From assembly GCF_001194135.2 (NCBI RefSeq), contig NC_068992.1:35819210-35855922 (forward strand): a stretch of DNA of 36,713 bases. Reading direction: 5' to 3'. This DNA is from Octopus bimaculoides (Eukaryota). The notes beneath the pieces were generated by a model. It made no database searches. It was not told the origin of the DNA and worked only from the letters and a program-made list of their open reading frames with translations. Below, piece by piece: positions 21,658-33,859 of this stretch. The number at the start of each line of letters is the position of its first letter. Within the stretch, counting starts at the first letter, position 1. Both the position numbers and the translations under genes were made by a program.

Positions 21658-21949
21658 ATAAATATACGTATATGTATATGTATGCATCTATGTATACATG
21701 GCGGCGAAATGGTAGTCCTGAGAGCATATAGATTCTTAAACTCGTTGTTCAAATACTGCGTATGGCAACCTTGCCGTTTTTACTTCCGAAAGCAACCAAT
21801 AAAGTACCAACAATACATACACACTCACACACATTCACAAAGATATATATATATATATAATACAAATAATATATGAGTATATGCATATATACGTACATAT
21901 ATGTACATACCTTCATCTACATGTATATATAAATGCATATCTGGGTACA

Positions 21950-22250
21950 GGACGTTGCAAAAGAAAACGTGGACAAAATGATAAACGGAGTACAGAAAAC
22001 ACACAAGCCACATAGAAAACATTTCCTTCATCAGCTACCACCATTCTAAAACTAAGCGTTTCGAAGAGTTAGGGCAGGACACATTGTTAGAATGGCTCTT
22101 CCCACGGACGACAAATTAAATTTAAATCAAATTTGTAACGTGGAGGAATGTAGTGGCGGACAGAAAACAAGACAGGAAAACGAAACAGTGAAAATAAACA
22201 AGAAAGGTCAAACGGCCAGACGTGAAAAAAATGTGTATACTGAACAGTGT
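21950..22250 (+). mobile_element. Short RTE-like LINE 3' fragment
   Basis: RAGHIVRM motif, similar to LRWAGHIVRM of the RTE C-terminus. Confidence 0.35.
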
Positions 22251-22261
22251 GAAGCAATGTA

Positions 22262-22642
22262 TGGAGGTGCAATGGCCCAATGGTTAGGATGCAGCGGACT
22301 CGCGGTCGTAGGATCGCGGTTTCGATTCCTAGACCGAGCGTTGTGAGTGTCTATTGAGCGAAAATGCCTAAAGCTCCACGAGGCTCTTGCAGGGGGAGTG
22401 GCGAACCCTGCTGAACTCTTTCACCACAACTTTCTCTCACTCTTTCTTCCTGGTTCTGTTGTACGTGTATTTCGGAAGGCCAGCCTTGTCACACTCTTTG
22501 TCACGCTGAATCTCCCCGAGAACTACGTTAAGGGTACACGTGTCTGTGGAGTGTTCAGCCACTTGCACGTTCATTTCACGAGCAGGCTGCTCCGTTGATC
22601 GGATCAACTTGAACCCTCATCGTCGTAACCGACGGAGTGCCA
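22262..22642 (+). mobile_element. About 380-bp tRNA-derived SINE with tetranucleotide tail
   Basis: A box tggcccaatgg, B box ggtttcgattcc; followed by (TTGC)n(ATGT)n(ATAG)n at 22647-22740. Confidence 0.85.
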
Positions 22643-22663
22643 CATTGCTTGCTTGCTTGCTTG

Positions 22664-22694
<31 letters not shown>

Positions 22695-22706
22695 TGTATG
22701 TATAGG

Positions 22707-22739
<33 letters not shown>

Positions 22740-23339
22740 CAAAACGGTTATAATAATCGTTCGAAATTAAATGCTGCCAAACTTTGCTTTGTTTAATCGC
22801 TTCAAATAATAGCGGAAAACAGAAGCTTATTGTATTTATAATTCCTCTGTATTTAAATGTTAAGCAAGTATATCGAGAAGTTTCACGATTCACTAGGCAG
22901 AATATCTAGCAGACTGAAACTAAATTGCAGTATTAAGGTTTCTATATATTTTTTCTTTTACAATACACAGAAACTTTCTTGGTTAACTATAGCAGATTGT
23001 AAATTAATCACATATCCTTCTTACTTTCGTTTGGGTGATACAGAATTTTGAATTTAAAATAGACATTATCTCTTAAGATCTTATATAAATTTTCTTCAGA
23101 ACTAAACATGATTATGAATTGAGAAACGGTTATTCGCTGAGATATTGTTATAAAATTTCTTCTTCGTCGAAATTAGTTTAATCTGATAAGAATGTATTTC
23201 TATATCCTGATGCGACAAACATCTTCAGTTTCTTTGGTAAGGATTACCTACCGACATGCACTTGAACATCTATTTTCAATTTTGTTTCGTCCTATCTTTC
23301 TTTCGTTTGATAACTCTTTCAATGATCTGATATTTCTCT

Positions 23340-23348
23340 TCATCTCTT

Positions 23349-23386
<38 letters not shown>

Positions 23387-23460
23387 CCTCTCTCTATTTA
23401 TCTCTCTCTTTCTCTCTCTATCTATCTCTCTCGTTCTCTCTATGTTTCTCTCTTTCTCTC
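23340..23460. repeat. Degenerate (CT)n microsatellite
   Basis: Read directly. Confidence 0.95.
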
Positions 23461-23468
23461 TTAATATA

Positions 23469-24321
23469 TTGGGTTGAGGAATAATTCATGAGCGTTTTTT
23501 TGTTATGAAATTTAAAAATACACTCAGAAATAAAACGGATTGGCAAATATTTTATGCTATTTGAAAGAGAATGTTTTGCTCTACAAGATAGTGTGTTTTG
23601 ATATTTTAATTTTATTGATTTTTGTGTTTATTTTAGATCATTAAAATGGAATGTCAAGTGGGCAAAACTGAGCATTTTCGACGCCCTTTACTTTTTGCAT
23701 TTAATCAAGGTTTTAAGGCCGTACTTCAAAAATGGGAATTTTAACCTCAAGGATAGATTACATACCGGTCTACCAATTGAGTTCGTTGAAGAGCAGGAAA
23801 ATTCATATCCAACGACCAGAAAATTGTCAGCGCAGATGGATTGTAATAACAAAAACTGTGGTGAACGACCTTCACTCAATGGGCAAGGTTCATCAAACTC
23901 AATTGGTCAACCGGCGTGTGAGTCGTCCTTGAGGTCAAAATTCCAATTTTTGAAGCGCAAAAACCAACGGNNNNNNNNNNNNNNNNNNNNNNNNNNNNNN
24001 NNNNNNNNNNNNNNNNNNNNNNNNNNGGTACTTTGAGGCATTGCTTCTTCTCCATACACAGCACAAATATCACGAGCATTTTCGGCGGACTTAACGCCTC
24101 ATTTAAATACAAAAAGCAAATGGTGTCAAGAATGCAGTTTTACCCACTTGAAAAATACACAAAAATCAAAAAAAAAAATTTAATCAATAAAATTTAAAAA
24201 ACAATAAAATTAAAAAATCAAAACACACTATCATGTAGATCAAAACATATTTTTTCATAAAACATTTCGCCAATACGTTTTATTTCTGTGTGCATTTATA
24301 AACTTGAAAAAAAACCGCTCA
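23469..24321. mobile_element. Two 5' halves of a mariner element in inverted (convergent) orientation
   Basis: Left arm (+): TA then ttgggttgaggaataattcatgagcg, MECQVGKTEHFRRPLLFAFNQG...FKNGNFNLKD. Right arm (-): AENARDICAVYGEEAMPQST...FKNWNFDLKD. Arms are about 23489-23783 and 23896-24321. Confidence 0.85.
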
Positions 24322-26425
24322 GGGATGTGGCAGTACTTGTTAACACAATATTTTTGATTTATCTGAGACATGGTTCTCCTGGGATATTATCTAGATGTTT
24401 CTGACATTCTTTTCTTATCATACCTAGGACACCCACAATAACAGAACAGTTCTCGCTTTCAGATACCACATCTTTTGTATTTCAATTTACTTAATTTGTC
24501 CAATTCCTTTTCAGATATATTTTTACAGAGGGAACACTTACATCTATTAGTCTATAAGTATTCTTCCCTGTTTTTAATGATTATGTTTGATCCATTAGCC
24601 TGAATCGTTCTGTCGGTGTTGACTGGAAAATCCCAGAGGATAGTGACATTTTTACTTTCAACGACTGGCTCATGATGATGTTCGTACTAGTAAACAGTTG
24701 TGTTGATTTTGTACTATTTACATATTTTCCTATATAAATACTGTCCAACCCTATAGTGGCAATTTTTGTATTCGTTTAGTGTCAGCACAGGACATCCTGT
24801 GACGAATTGGTCTATTGTTTCCTCAAATTTCTTGCAGAATCTGCTTTTAGGGCCAGAACCGTTTTGAAGAACATAGTTTTTGGTAAGCAAGCTTTGATCT
24901 TGTGCCGCCAATATGAAACCTTTGCTCTCTGCTTTCAATCCTGAGCTTCTCAGCCAGTGATGGGTTGTTGCTTGGTCTACATCAACATTTCGGCTTCTGG
25001 CTCCATCGCTCCTCAATTTGTTTCTGCCCGTTCCTTTTTGCAGTCTGTTTGATCCGTTTTGCTTGTTTGGTGGCAGTGGTTTCGTGTCTTTCATCTAATT
25101 CAGGGTTAATGCCAAGTTCCCTTGCGAAAAATGGAAGCTTCCTTGACAAGAGAATGTGACTTTTTGCTGCTTTCGTGCTTGCACACAAGCCGCAGCATCC
25201 GGTCCTCTGTATTGGATAAGTACTTGTTCATTGCTATTGTGGAGGTCCTATAGCACAGTTCTACCTGCATCATTCCTCTCCTCCATCACTTCTAGGTAGG
25301 TACAGACGATCGACGTCTGATTTTGGGTGGTGCATTTTCTTAGATGTTAGTATTTTTCTTGTCTTCCTGTTCATGCGTTAGAGTTCTGTGAGATTCCTGT
25401 TCATGATGCTAAGACTGTGTAGGACTACTGGAAGTGCCAGGATATTAATGGCGTCGATGCGATTTTCGGAGTTGAGTTCAGTTTTTAGTATGTGTCGTAT
25501 TCTTCTGTAATACTCCTTACGTATTTTTTTCTATCATAATAACATGTTGTATGCCATCTCCTTTGTTTATCTCTAAGTATTTATAGTTTTCTTGTGGGTC
25601 AAGCTGCTTGATAGTAGTGTCGTTATCTAATTTAATGGAAACTGTTTGCTTGAGCTTGTCTCTTTCAAAAGTTGCTTAGCACACTTATCACTTATCAAGG
25701 GCCAAAATCCAGCCGGATGTCATTGTTGTTGTTAACAGCCCTACTAGCGCTACTAGCCCAGATCACCTATATAAAACAGATGATTTACTATAATATTGTA
25801 CATTTTGAACCCATACTTGGTGTTACTCACTTCGTTGCGAAGGGAGATCAGTGCCATGAAAAAGAGTAATGGGAAGATGGAGTCACCTTGAGAGATGCCT
25901 CGCTTGATGTTGATGTTGTTAGATTGACTCATCCTATTACTATGGTTTAGAAAGAGACGTGTATTCCGCTTGACTATGCTACCTTGTAAGAATTTAGAGA
26001 CGACAGGAAAGATCTTGTATATCTCAAGGGCCTTGAGTAGCCGATCATGTAGTCTATCTATGCCATACTCAGTTTCTTTTTCTTGCTCCGGCAATTCTGT
26101 ATAATCATTTTATTTATGAGTAATTGATCTTTGCAACCTTTTTGAGTTTGTAAAAGGATAGAGTTATGTTCCAGGAAAGTGTATATTCTTTCAGTTAGTG
26201 TATATTCTTTCAGTTAGTGTATATTCTTTCATCCTGCATTTGTCAATTACCCTACAAAATTTTTTTGCATCTGTCTTGAATACCTTGTTTTGTCGATAAA
26301 ATTTGATTCTTTTGTCATATCTTCTGAGCCGTTATACTTTCAGTTGTTTTCGTTGTTTCACTAGTTCCTTGGTTGCAGGTAAGTTTATAAAATCTCTGAT
26401 TTTATATTTTTGCTTTATTTTTCTA
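24322..26425 (-). mobile_element. RLE-type LINE (R4/Dong-like): pre-RT region, RT, zinc knuckle, RLE; degenerate
   Basis: RRYDKRIKFYRQNKVFKTDAKKF, KRGISQGDSIFPLLF, NHLFYIGDL, YLPRSDGGRGMMQVE, WLRSSGLKAESKGFILAAQDQSL, IVGVLGMIRK; 19-bp tandem triplication at 26178-26231. Confidence 0.9.
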
Positions 26426-26712
26426 GCTCGTTTACGCAGGATGTGTGCGGTGCTTAGTAGTGCTATTTTCTGTATGTTATATATACTTGTTAGTCCTGCT
26501 ATTTTTATGTACTTGTCTGAATATTTTTATCATACCTAATGCGCCCACTATGATAGAAATTGTTTCTGGTTTTTAGACTCCACATTCGAGTTATTTCTAT
26601 TTCCAGATCCTTGTATTTTGAAAGTTTCCCCATTTCTTTTAGAGAAACATTGTCATCTGTTGGTATTGATATATCGATTAGACAGTATTTTTTTCATAGT
26701 GAACTCTGACAA
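26425..26712 (-). mobile_element. RLE C-terminus of a second R4/Dong-like copy joined to the previous element
   Basis: Broken frames LIDISIPTDDNVSLKEMGKLSKYKDLEIEITRMWSL...IIVGALGMIK...IQKIALLSTAHILRK. Confidence 0.8.
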
Positions 26713-26759
26713 CTATATCCGGCATATTAGCCTTAATTTCTCTATCTGTGTGTATTTGG

Positions 26760-26787
26760 CATTATTATTATTATTATTATAATTATT

Positions 26788-26879
<92 letters not shown>

Positions 26880-26897
26880 CATCATTATTATTATTAA
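26760..26897. repeat. (ATT)n(ATC)n(ATT)n microsatellite
   Basis: Read directly. Confidence 0.97.
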
Positions 26898-26899
26898 TA

Positions 26900-28000
26900 T
26901 GTTGGCTAGACTTCAATAAAGCCAACGATGATTTTCCACACTGCTGGCTATTCGGGAAAAAATATTGTTAGTCTTCTCATTGAACCCAACAGAAAAAGTT
27001 ATGAGATCATGGGAAGTAGAACTATAATGCGAAAACGAATCCTCAGGAAATGTTGAAATGTTCAGTGGTATATTCCAGGAAAACTCGATCTCTCCGTTAC
27101 TTGCGCTTATCCTTCGGACCAACACAGTGAAAAAATCTTGGCCTGCATATATGTTTGCCAAATGCAAAGTGAAAATGAACCGCCTGATATAGATGGAAGA
27201 CCTCTAAACTGTGCACGGAAATAAAAAAGACCTGGATTCTCTGAGCCAAACTGCAAAGATATATAGGAAGTATATTGGCATGCAGTTGTGGAAAATATGT
27301 ATGCAGAGAAACCAAAAGATTAAATCTGATATCGAAAAAGTACCACAACATGATATCATTATCATGAGATCACTGAGCAATTATGAGGGGTACAAGTGCT
27401 TCGGAATGCTGTTCGATGATAAAGTAATAGAAAGTAAAATGAGAGAGTCCCTAAAGAATACAAAAGAAGGATAAAGAAGGTACTGAAAACACAGCTAAAA
27501 GGGAAAACTGTTATCAAAGCAATAAATACATGGGTCTATACTAGTTCTGACATTCACTGCTCCTTTTCAAATTTAGATAGAACCAGGAAGATGCTCACAA
27601 TGCACACCATCCGAAAAGTAATATCTTGTGCTCTATTTACTGGGAAAGGAGTGCGGCAGATATTTGTTAAAACACAGAAAACATTATCAGAGCAGCGATG
27701 TTGAGTTTTGGAAAACTATGTTGTCTGTAGTGAAGTTAGAACGCTTACTGGGGTCAGAAATATTGAGAAAATCACTGGAACAGTAAGCGAATTCAAAGGC
27801 AGAAGGAAAATGACAGAATAATTAGTCGATATGTAAAGGAATTACATGTCCAGTTCATGCATCAAACCAGACTGTTGGAATTAAAGAACGCTGGTTGTGG
27901 CTGACAGGTGGAAACCTGAAACAAGAAACTGAATCGTTAATTATATTCTCTAAGGAACATGCTATTGTTACGAACTTCATTAAAACAAATATTGAAAATC
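26900..28000 (+). mobile_element. Highly degenerate RLE-type LINE fragment (RT region onward)
   Basis: WLDFNKA, GIFQENSISPL, WLTGGNLKQETESLII in broken frames. Confidence 0.7.
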
Positions 28001-28739
28001 TCATTCGTGCGCGAGCGCGCGTGTGTATCTGAATGTGAAAAATGGCGTGCATATCTATGTGTATGTACATATAGACTGAATTAAGCTAAAGAATACCCTG
28101 TAAATAAAAACCACTAATTGTTCTATCAGTAATATGGTAACGAAAACATATACGTTACTTTCATAGATTAAGTAAGTAATGTGTGTGTGCGGNNNNNNNN
28201 NNNNNNNNNNNNNNNNNNNNNNNGGGGGGGGGGGGGGTATACATGTATATTGAAAATATTGGTTGAGGTGAAATATACAAGTATTGCATGTCCTCATTGT
28301 CAATAATATATACAGTGTTTTATAAAAATATAGAATATATACAATAAACATAAAATATATGAAACATATATATAAGATATACTATCTTAAAAAGAAACTA
28401 GAAATTGATTAATAGTTGTTATTATTTTATGATGGATGATATTAAGAGTGCAAAGGCTAACACAATGGTTGCTAAATTTTATAACTAGTTAGATGCAAGT
28501 TTTGATAAAAGTATTTACATTGTGTGATGTTTCAATTATATAATTTGAACAAAATACTGTAAGAGAGCAAATGAAGAAAAGCCAGGAAAAATTAATAAAG
28601 CAAACAATATACATACATTACCATGTCAAATGAAATAGATTCATTAGCCATAGTAGTGAATGATAAATAGATGTTATTATCATAAATTTCTTGATAAGGA
28701 CGTTAGATTGTAATTTCTATATGGAAAAATATAAAACCA

Positions 28740-29200
28740 ATAATATTAACGATTTTAATTAGAAAAATCGATGTAGAAATGCTAGTAGATTATATTAGAG
28801 GTCAAAATTAATATTTTAGGGGATGTGTAAAAATATTATGGGTGCTTGTAAAAGTTTTAAATTGTTTATTTAAATGGTAAGTTAACAAGAAGTTCATGTA
28901 ATGTTGGAAGAAAGTATGCGAAATAGGTGTATACTAATTAAAAGTCTTTTTAATAAATATCTGTCTATGAAAGATAATTATGTTTACAAGTATTATAGAT
29001 GTAATCTAATTATAGCTGACGTTATCTCTACACGAACAAGTGTGGTGAGAAGCAATAATAGAGTAGAAATTAGATTGGGCGGGTAGATAAGGGTTTTTTA
29101 GAGTTATAGAAGTATACCAGTAATTGATTGGAATTTCTTACTAAATAATCGTAAATTAAGAAAATGTATGTGTAATTTAAACCCGAAGTAGAGTTAGTCT
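28740..29200 (+). mobile_element. Possible decayed L1/Tx1-type APE endonuclease fragment
   Basis: DVEMLVDYIRGQN and LFNKYLSMKDNYVYKYYRCNLIIADVIS resemble APE N-terminal segments; many stops. Confidence 0.35.
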
Positions 29201-29611
29201 AATGCTGATAATAGATTTTGAAATTCTTCTGTTTTATATTTTACATTCCGTTGAGTAGTGCACATCAGATTCAAGTAGTACACGCAGTATATCAGAGGTT
29301 TGGGGCGGGGAGAGAATGTTTCAGCTCTTTGCTCACCCCTTCTTCGTTTTTGAGAAAAGCGACATTGGAAATGATCTCTTTCTGGCTGTGCTACATAGAC
29401 AATTNNNNNNNNNNNNNNNNNNNNNNNNNNNNNNNNNNNNNNNNNNNNNNNNNNNNNNNNNNNNNNNNNNNNNNNNNNNNNNNNNNNNNNNNNNNNNNNN
29501 NNNNNNNNNNNNNNNNNNNNNNNNNNNNNNNNNNGGTGACATTGTATCAAACTTTCTAACTGTCATGCCAATTCGCTACATTAATGGATTGAAAGTAATC
29601 CTTTTTAATAT

Positions 29612-29814
29612 AGGCACATGGCCTGAATTTTCGAGGGAAGGGATAAGTTAATTACATCGACCCCAGGGCTCAACTGGTACTTATTTTATCGACCCCGAAA
29701 GAATGAAAAGTAAAGATGACCTTGGTGGCATTTGAACTCAGAAACGTAAAGATGAACCAAATGCAGCTAAGCATTTTGTCCGGCGTGCTAACGATTCTAC
29801 CCGCTCACTACCTT
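29612..29814 (-). mobile_element. tRNA-derived SINE (same family as 13105-13307)
   Basis: acatcgaccccagggctcaactggtacttattttatcgaccccgaaa...ggcgtgctaacgattct. Confidence 0.85.
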
Positions 29815-30251
29815 AATGGATTTAAAATGATCTCTTGTAAATTAGCAAGGAATATCCAGAGAAATTTGTAATGTTTTCTGTCCAGGTTCCTCAAATGGAG
29901 AATTCCTAGAATGTTACACAAATCTTCATTGTACCACTAATTGATTGCAATTGGATAATGTGAATCAATTTATTTTTCTCTTCCTTGGAGAATCCCACCA
30001 TTTCTATACTATTGTGCAAATTTGTTGTTACATAACCCAGTGCACCTATAATAATGAGTATAAATGAAATGGGTATATATGAGCTTGCTTATAAGAGTTG
30101 TAAACATCATATTAGTTCTCCTTATGAGACAATGACCGGGCATTTAAACACTACAACAGAGTGCATGACATTTGCTCCCTTTCACGTTGAACTTCTTATG
30201 CCGAGTTAATGCTTTTATTGAAATGTTCCACCATGTTTTTGTATTTTAAAG

Positions 30252-30324
30252 GTATTGGTACATTCTGGTCCAGGAGTGCCTATAGCTTTATAAACGATTT
30301 TAGCGATAATGTCACCTCTCATGG
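30252..30324 (+). CDS. Candidate internal exon with a DEG/ENaC-like pre-TM1 motif
   Basis: Acceptor ttttgtattttaaag|; open in phase 1 as GIGTFWSRSAYSFINDFSDNVTSHG; donor TGG|GTAATA. Phase matches the 15786-15900 exon. Confidence 0.35.
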
Positions 30325-32039
30325 GTAATATCATGCGGACAAATTCGGACAGCTGATGATAATGCGATATTTTCCACATTGGTATGGTACGTTTTTCATT
30401 ATAACTTAGAACTTTAGCGGCATTGTTGACCATATATTTGGCAGTTATGCCCTATTCTTGAATAGCAAAGATGCAGCTTCGTAGATAAAATTTGACGTAT
30501 CCAAGAGAGGTTATTATTCCTGTCAATGTATGTATTCATGTATGTGTATCTATGTGGATGTTTGTTTGTGTGTGTGTGCGCGCGGGCGTTTGTGTCCGTG
30601 CGTGCTCATGTGCATATGCGTGTATGTATTTGTTTATATTTACCAGTTAAACTGGTGCTGCACTCCTATTTGTCAAAATACTTGGCTATATGATAACAAA
30701 AGACTAAAATAATAACTTCAAAGTAAGTATTGGGGCTGGATTTCGTTGACTAAACCCGTTTGAGAATGTTGTTCAAATCGAAATACCAAAACACTGTTGT
30801 TGTAAACCATGAATTTCTAACGCGAGTTTACTAGCAAAGCTAATTTACACCTTAATGTTTTCCAGAAGCTAAATACAGACAAGCGACCAAACTGAATATA
30901 ATTCGAAGTACATACAATACAGCACGGAACTAGATAGTTATAAAAAGACGTCTAAAATACTATTAACTAATCACAAACTATGTTGTAAATATCGTCTAGA
31001 AAATTCACAGTAAATCAACTTAAGTCAACTTACTAAACGTGTATGATGAAGTTAATACTGGAATAAAACTTCTTAGGACAAGAACTACTTCATCTCTAAG
31101 GAGAGCTATATAGGAGAAAAAAAAGCAATATAAAAGAAAAATAAGCTATTGCGATCAGAGTACCGATGTAGAAAATAGCTGATGCTTGAATATATTTAAC
31201 ACAATAAAATGGGAACTAGGTTATACATATCGAAACAACTAAACCAGGCACATGCGTTTCTAACGCTAATGTAATGGATAAACAGAATTGTATTCTTATC
31301 TTCATTAAGATCTGGTTGCAGACAAGTGTTCAATTTGAATACAACTCAAAATGCATACAGGTAGGGTGGGAACCTGCCAAGTTAATAAAAGAGTAGAATT
31401 TCTTTTATTCATTCGCATATAATTCACGTTGCAAACATCTTTACAAAGAGAACTCGAATAATTTAGACGGTCAACTTATTGTTTCCAGTACATTTTCTTT
31501 AGATTACAATACAATGAGTAGGTGATTATGTTGATCTATCAACGTAATACTCATTTGTTGAACCCGACCTGATGTCCTTCACATTTATCCTTGTGTGTGA
31601 TAACTCTCGCTACAAACTTGGAATATTGTACTACGTATCCAGCCAGCCAGCCATATCTTGTGTGCTATGACAGACGCTGGACCTTGAAGCGGTTAACATC
31701 AATACGTATCATAATATAGGCGCAGCGTAATACTCTAAACGATGCGATGTTTTTATAGAGATGCATTTTTGTTTTTAGTCGTGGAATTGGTTCGCTCATA
31801 GACTTGGTGTTGGTAAAAGGAAAATGGTAGCAAATTACCTGCAGACCAGTTGTCATTGTAGTAATGATACTGTCAAGTTCTGATTAAGGAAAGTGAGTAA
31901 TGACTGAGTTGCAGTTGTCAATTAGATGGCGAAACGAGAGTCGACACATCGACAATAAAGTGGCAACAACTTATTGCAAGTATATACACTTGTCTGCGTA
32001 TATATAACTTGTGATCGTGTGGGTGACTATATATATCTG

Positions 32040-32131
32040 TGTGTGTATGTGTGTGTGTCTGTATTTACACACGCACATATATACGTGTATATGTGTTTGT
32101 AGGGTGTGTGTGTGTGCNNNNNNNNNNTGTG

Positions 32132-32177
<46 letters not shown>

Positions 32178-32180
32178 TGT
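32040..32180. repeat. (GT)n-rich microsatellite with N-gap
   Basis: Read directly; further (AC)n and AT-rich simple repeats at 32600-32880. Confidence 0.9.
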
Positions 32181-32598
32181 AATTTCGGTGTTCATTTGCA
32201 TGTCTGAATTGCTGCCAGCAGGAAACGGTAACAAAAATGTGGTGAAGAATTATTTCCCCATGAAAGGTTTAAATAGTAAAGAAACATATATATTTGATTG
32301 TCTAGTTTTCTCTATTACCTAAAATATCACGTTATCTCTCTCTAAAGTTTTCTCAACCAATAAGCGAACGTATATCAGTTACTATTATAATGGTTGGCTA
32401 AATCTGAACAAGCTTCTATAAAATGCCGGAGAATAGAATATATTATTACTTCACTTCATATTTGTGGGAGCTTCGAGGAAAAATGTTTCAGGCTCCAAGT
32501 AATTTATTCAATTCAAGAAGATAATTTTCATTCAAGCAACAATCTAAAAAAGGCAATTTCTTACCACGTTTTTCCTTCGACGAATTTTGGATATTTTC

Positions 32599-32637
<39 letters not shown>

Positions 32638-33691
32638 GACTCACACACATACGTTGATATATATATACGTTGATATATATATATATGAAATATATGCATA
32701 CAATATATATATATATATTTATTTATTTATATATATATGCATGCATATACAATATATATGTATATACCAGCATATATTATATGTATATGTCTGTGTATGA
32801 GTATTTATGTGCATATACATTTATGTGTATCCGCTCATATAGGTGTACGTATGTATGTGTGTCTATGTATGTGTAAAATTATTTGTGTATATAAATGTAC
32901 ATGTATACGTATATTTTTCGCTTTACCATCTCCCGATGAATTAGAATATTTTTCATTGTCTGTATTTGAGTATGTGTTTCTCTCAGTGTTATATATGCTT
33001 GTGTTTGATCATTTGTATGTACAATGTATACAAGAATGCTTTACGCAGTTGTATGCGTATTATTTTTATTGCTTATACCCTGCGAGAAATAAAAAGAGAA
33101 AACAAAGTACTTTCCATCTGTTTCAAATGACACAATGGAAGGAAACAGAATGTAAAAGAGTGAAGGTATCTGAAGATATTTGTAACAAGAAAGGTGTAAA
33201 AGAAATTCTGGGGGATAGTCAGTGTTGAGAATTGTCAAGTGAAATAAATGTCTGCATTCAGCAATTAAATGATTCCTATTCAACACTAACATTAAATTTA
33301 GTTATCAACGTTTTGCGGCGATATTTTCCAAGTAAATTATCAACACTTAAGTTTCACAACCATCAAGGCTGATGGCAATTACAGTGACAGTGATCTTCCT
33401 GTTAGGGAAGATGATGGTGGAAGTGAAGATCATAGTGATGATGATAATGATTAAAATGTTAAAGGCCATGGTGGAGATATTCTTAGTTGCGTGTAAAAAA
33501 GTTAATAGTCTATACGATTGATTTTGCGGCATATTATGTGGAACAGGAAATGAACAGGATAAAAAAGCTCTATGATATGCAATTTCAATCCTCAGAAAAC
33601 GCATTTTTCTATTGGGGTAATTTCACGAAGAAAACTTCTAAAAGAAATTGGTTTTCTTCTTCTATCCAATTTTTTTTTAATTCTTTCTGCT

Positions 33692-33818
33692 ATAGGCACA
33701 AGGCCTGGAATTGTGGGCGAGAGATAGTTGATTACATCAACTTCAGAGCTCCACTGTACTTATTTTATCCAGCCCGAAAAGATGAAGGGTAAAGTCGATC
33801 CCGGTGAAATTTGGAATC
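33692..33818 (-). mobile_element. SINE fragment (same family as 13105-13307)
   Basis: gattacatcaac...gtacttattttatccagcccgaaaagatgaagggtaaagtcga. Confidence 0.7.
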
Positions 33819-33859
33819 GATAATGATAATGATAATAATAATAATTATTATTATTATAA

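Noticed and set aside
22262-22340. tRNA gene call for SINE heads
   Set aside because: A and B boxes are present, but the cloverleaf is degenerate and continues into SINE body sequence.
29887-29945. Good acceptor ttttctgtccag followed by GSSNGEFLECYTNLH
   Set aside because: Only a weak donor before an in-frame stop; no similarity recognised.
33351-33453. Possible terminal exon FTTIKADGNYSDSDLPVREDDGGSEDHSDDDND-stop
   Set aside because: Weak acceptor; acidic content is explained by degenerate (GAT)n sequence.
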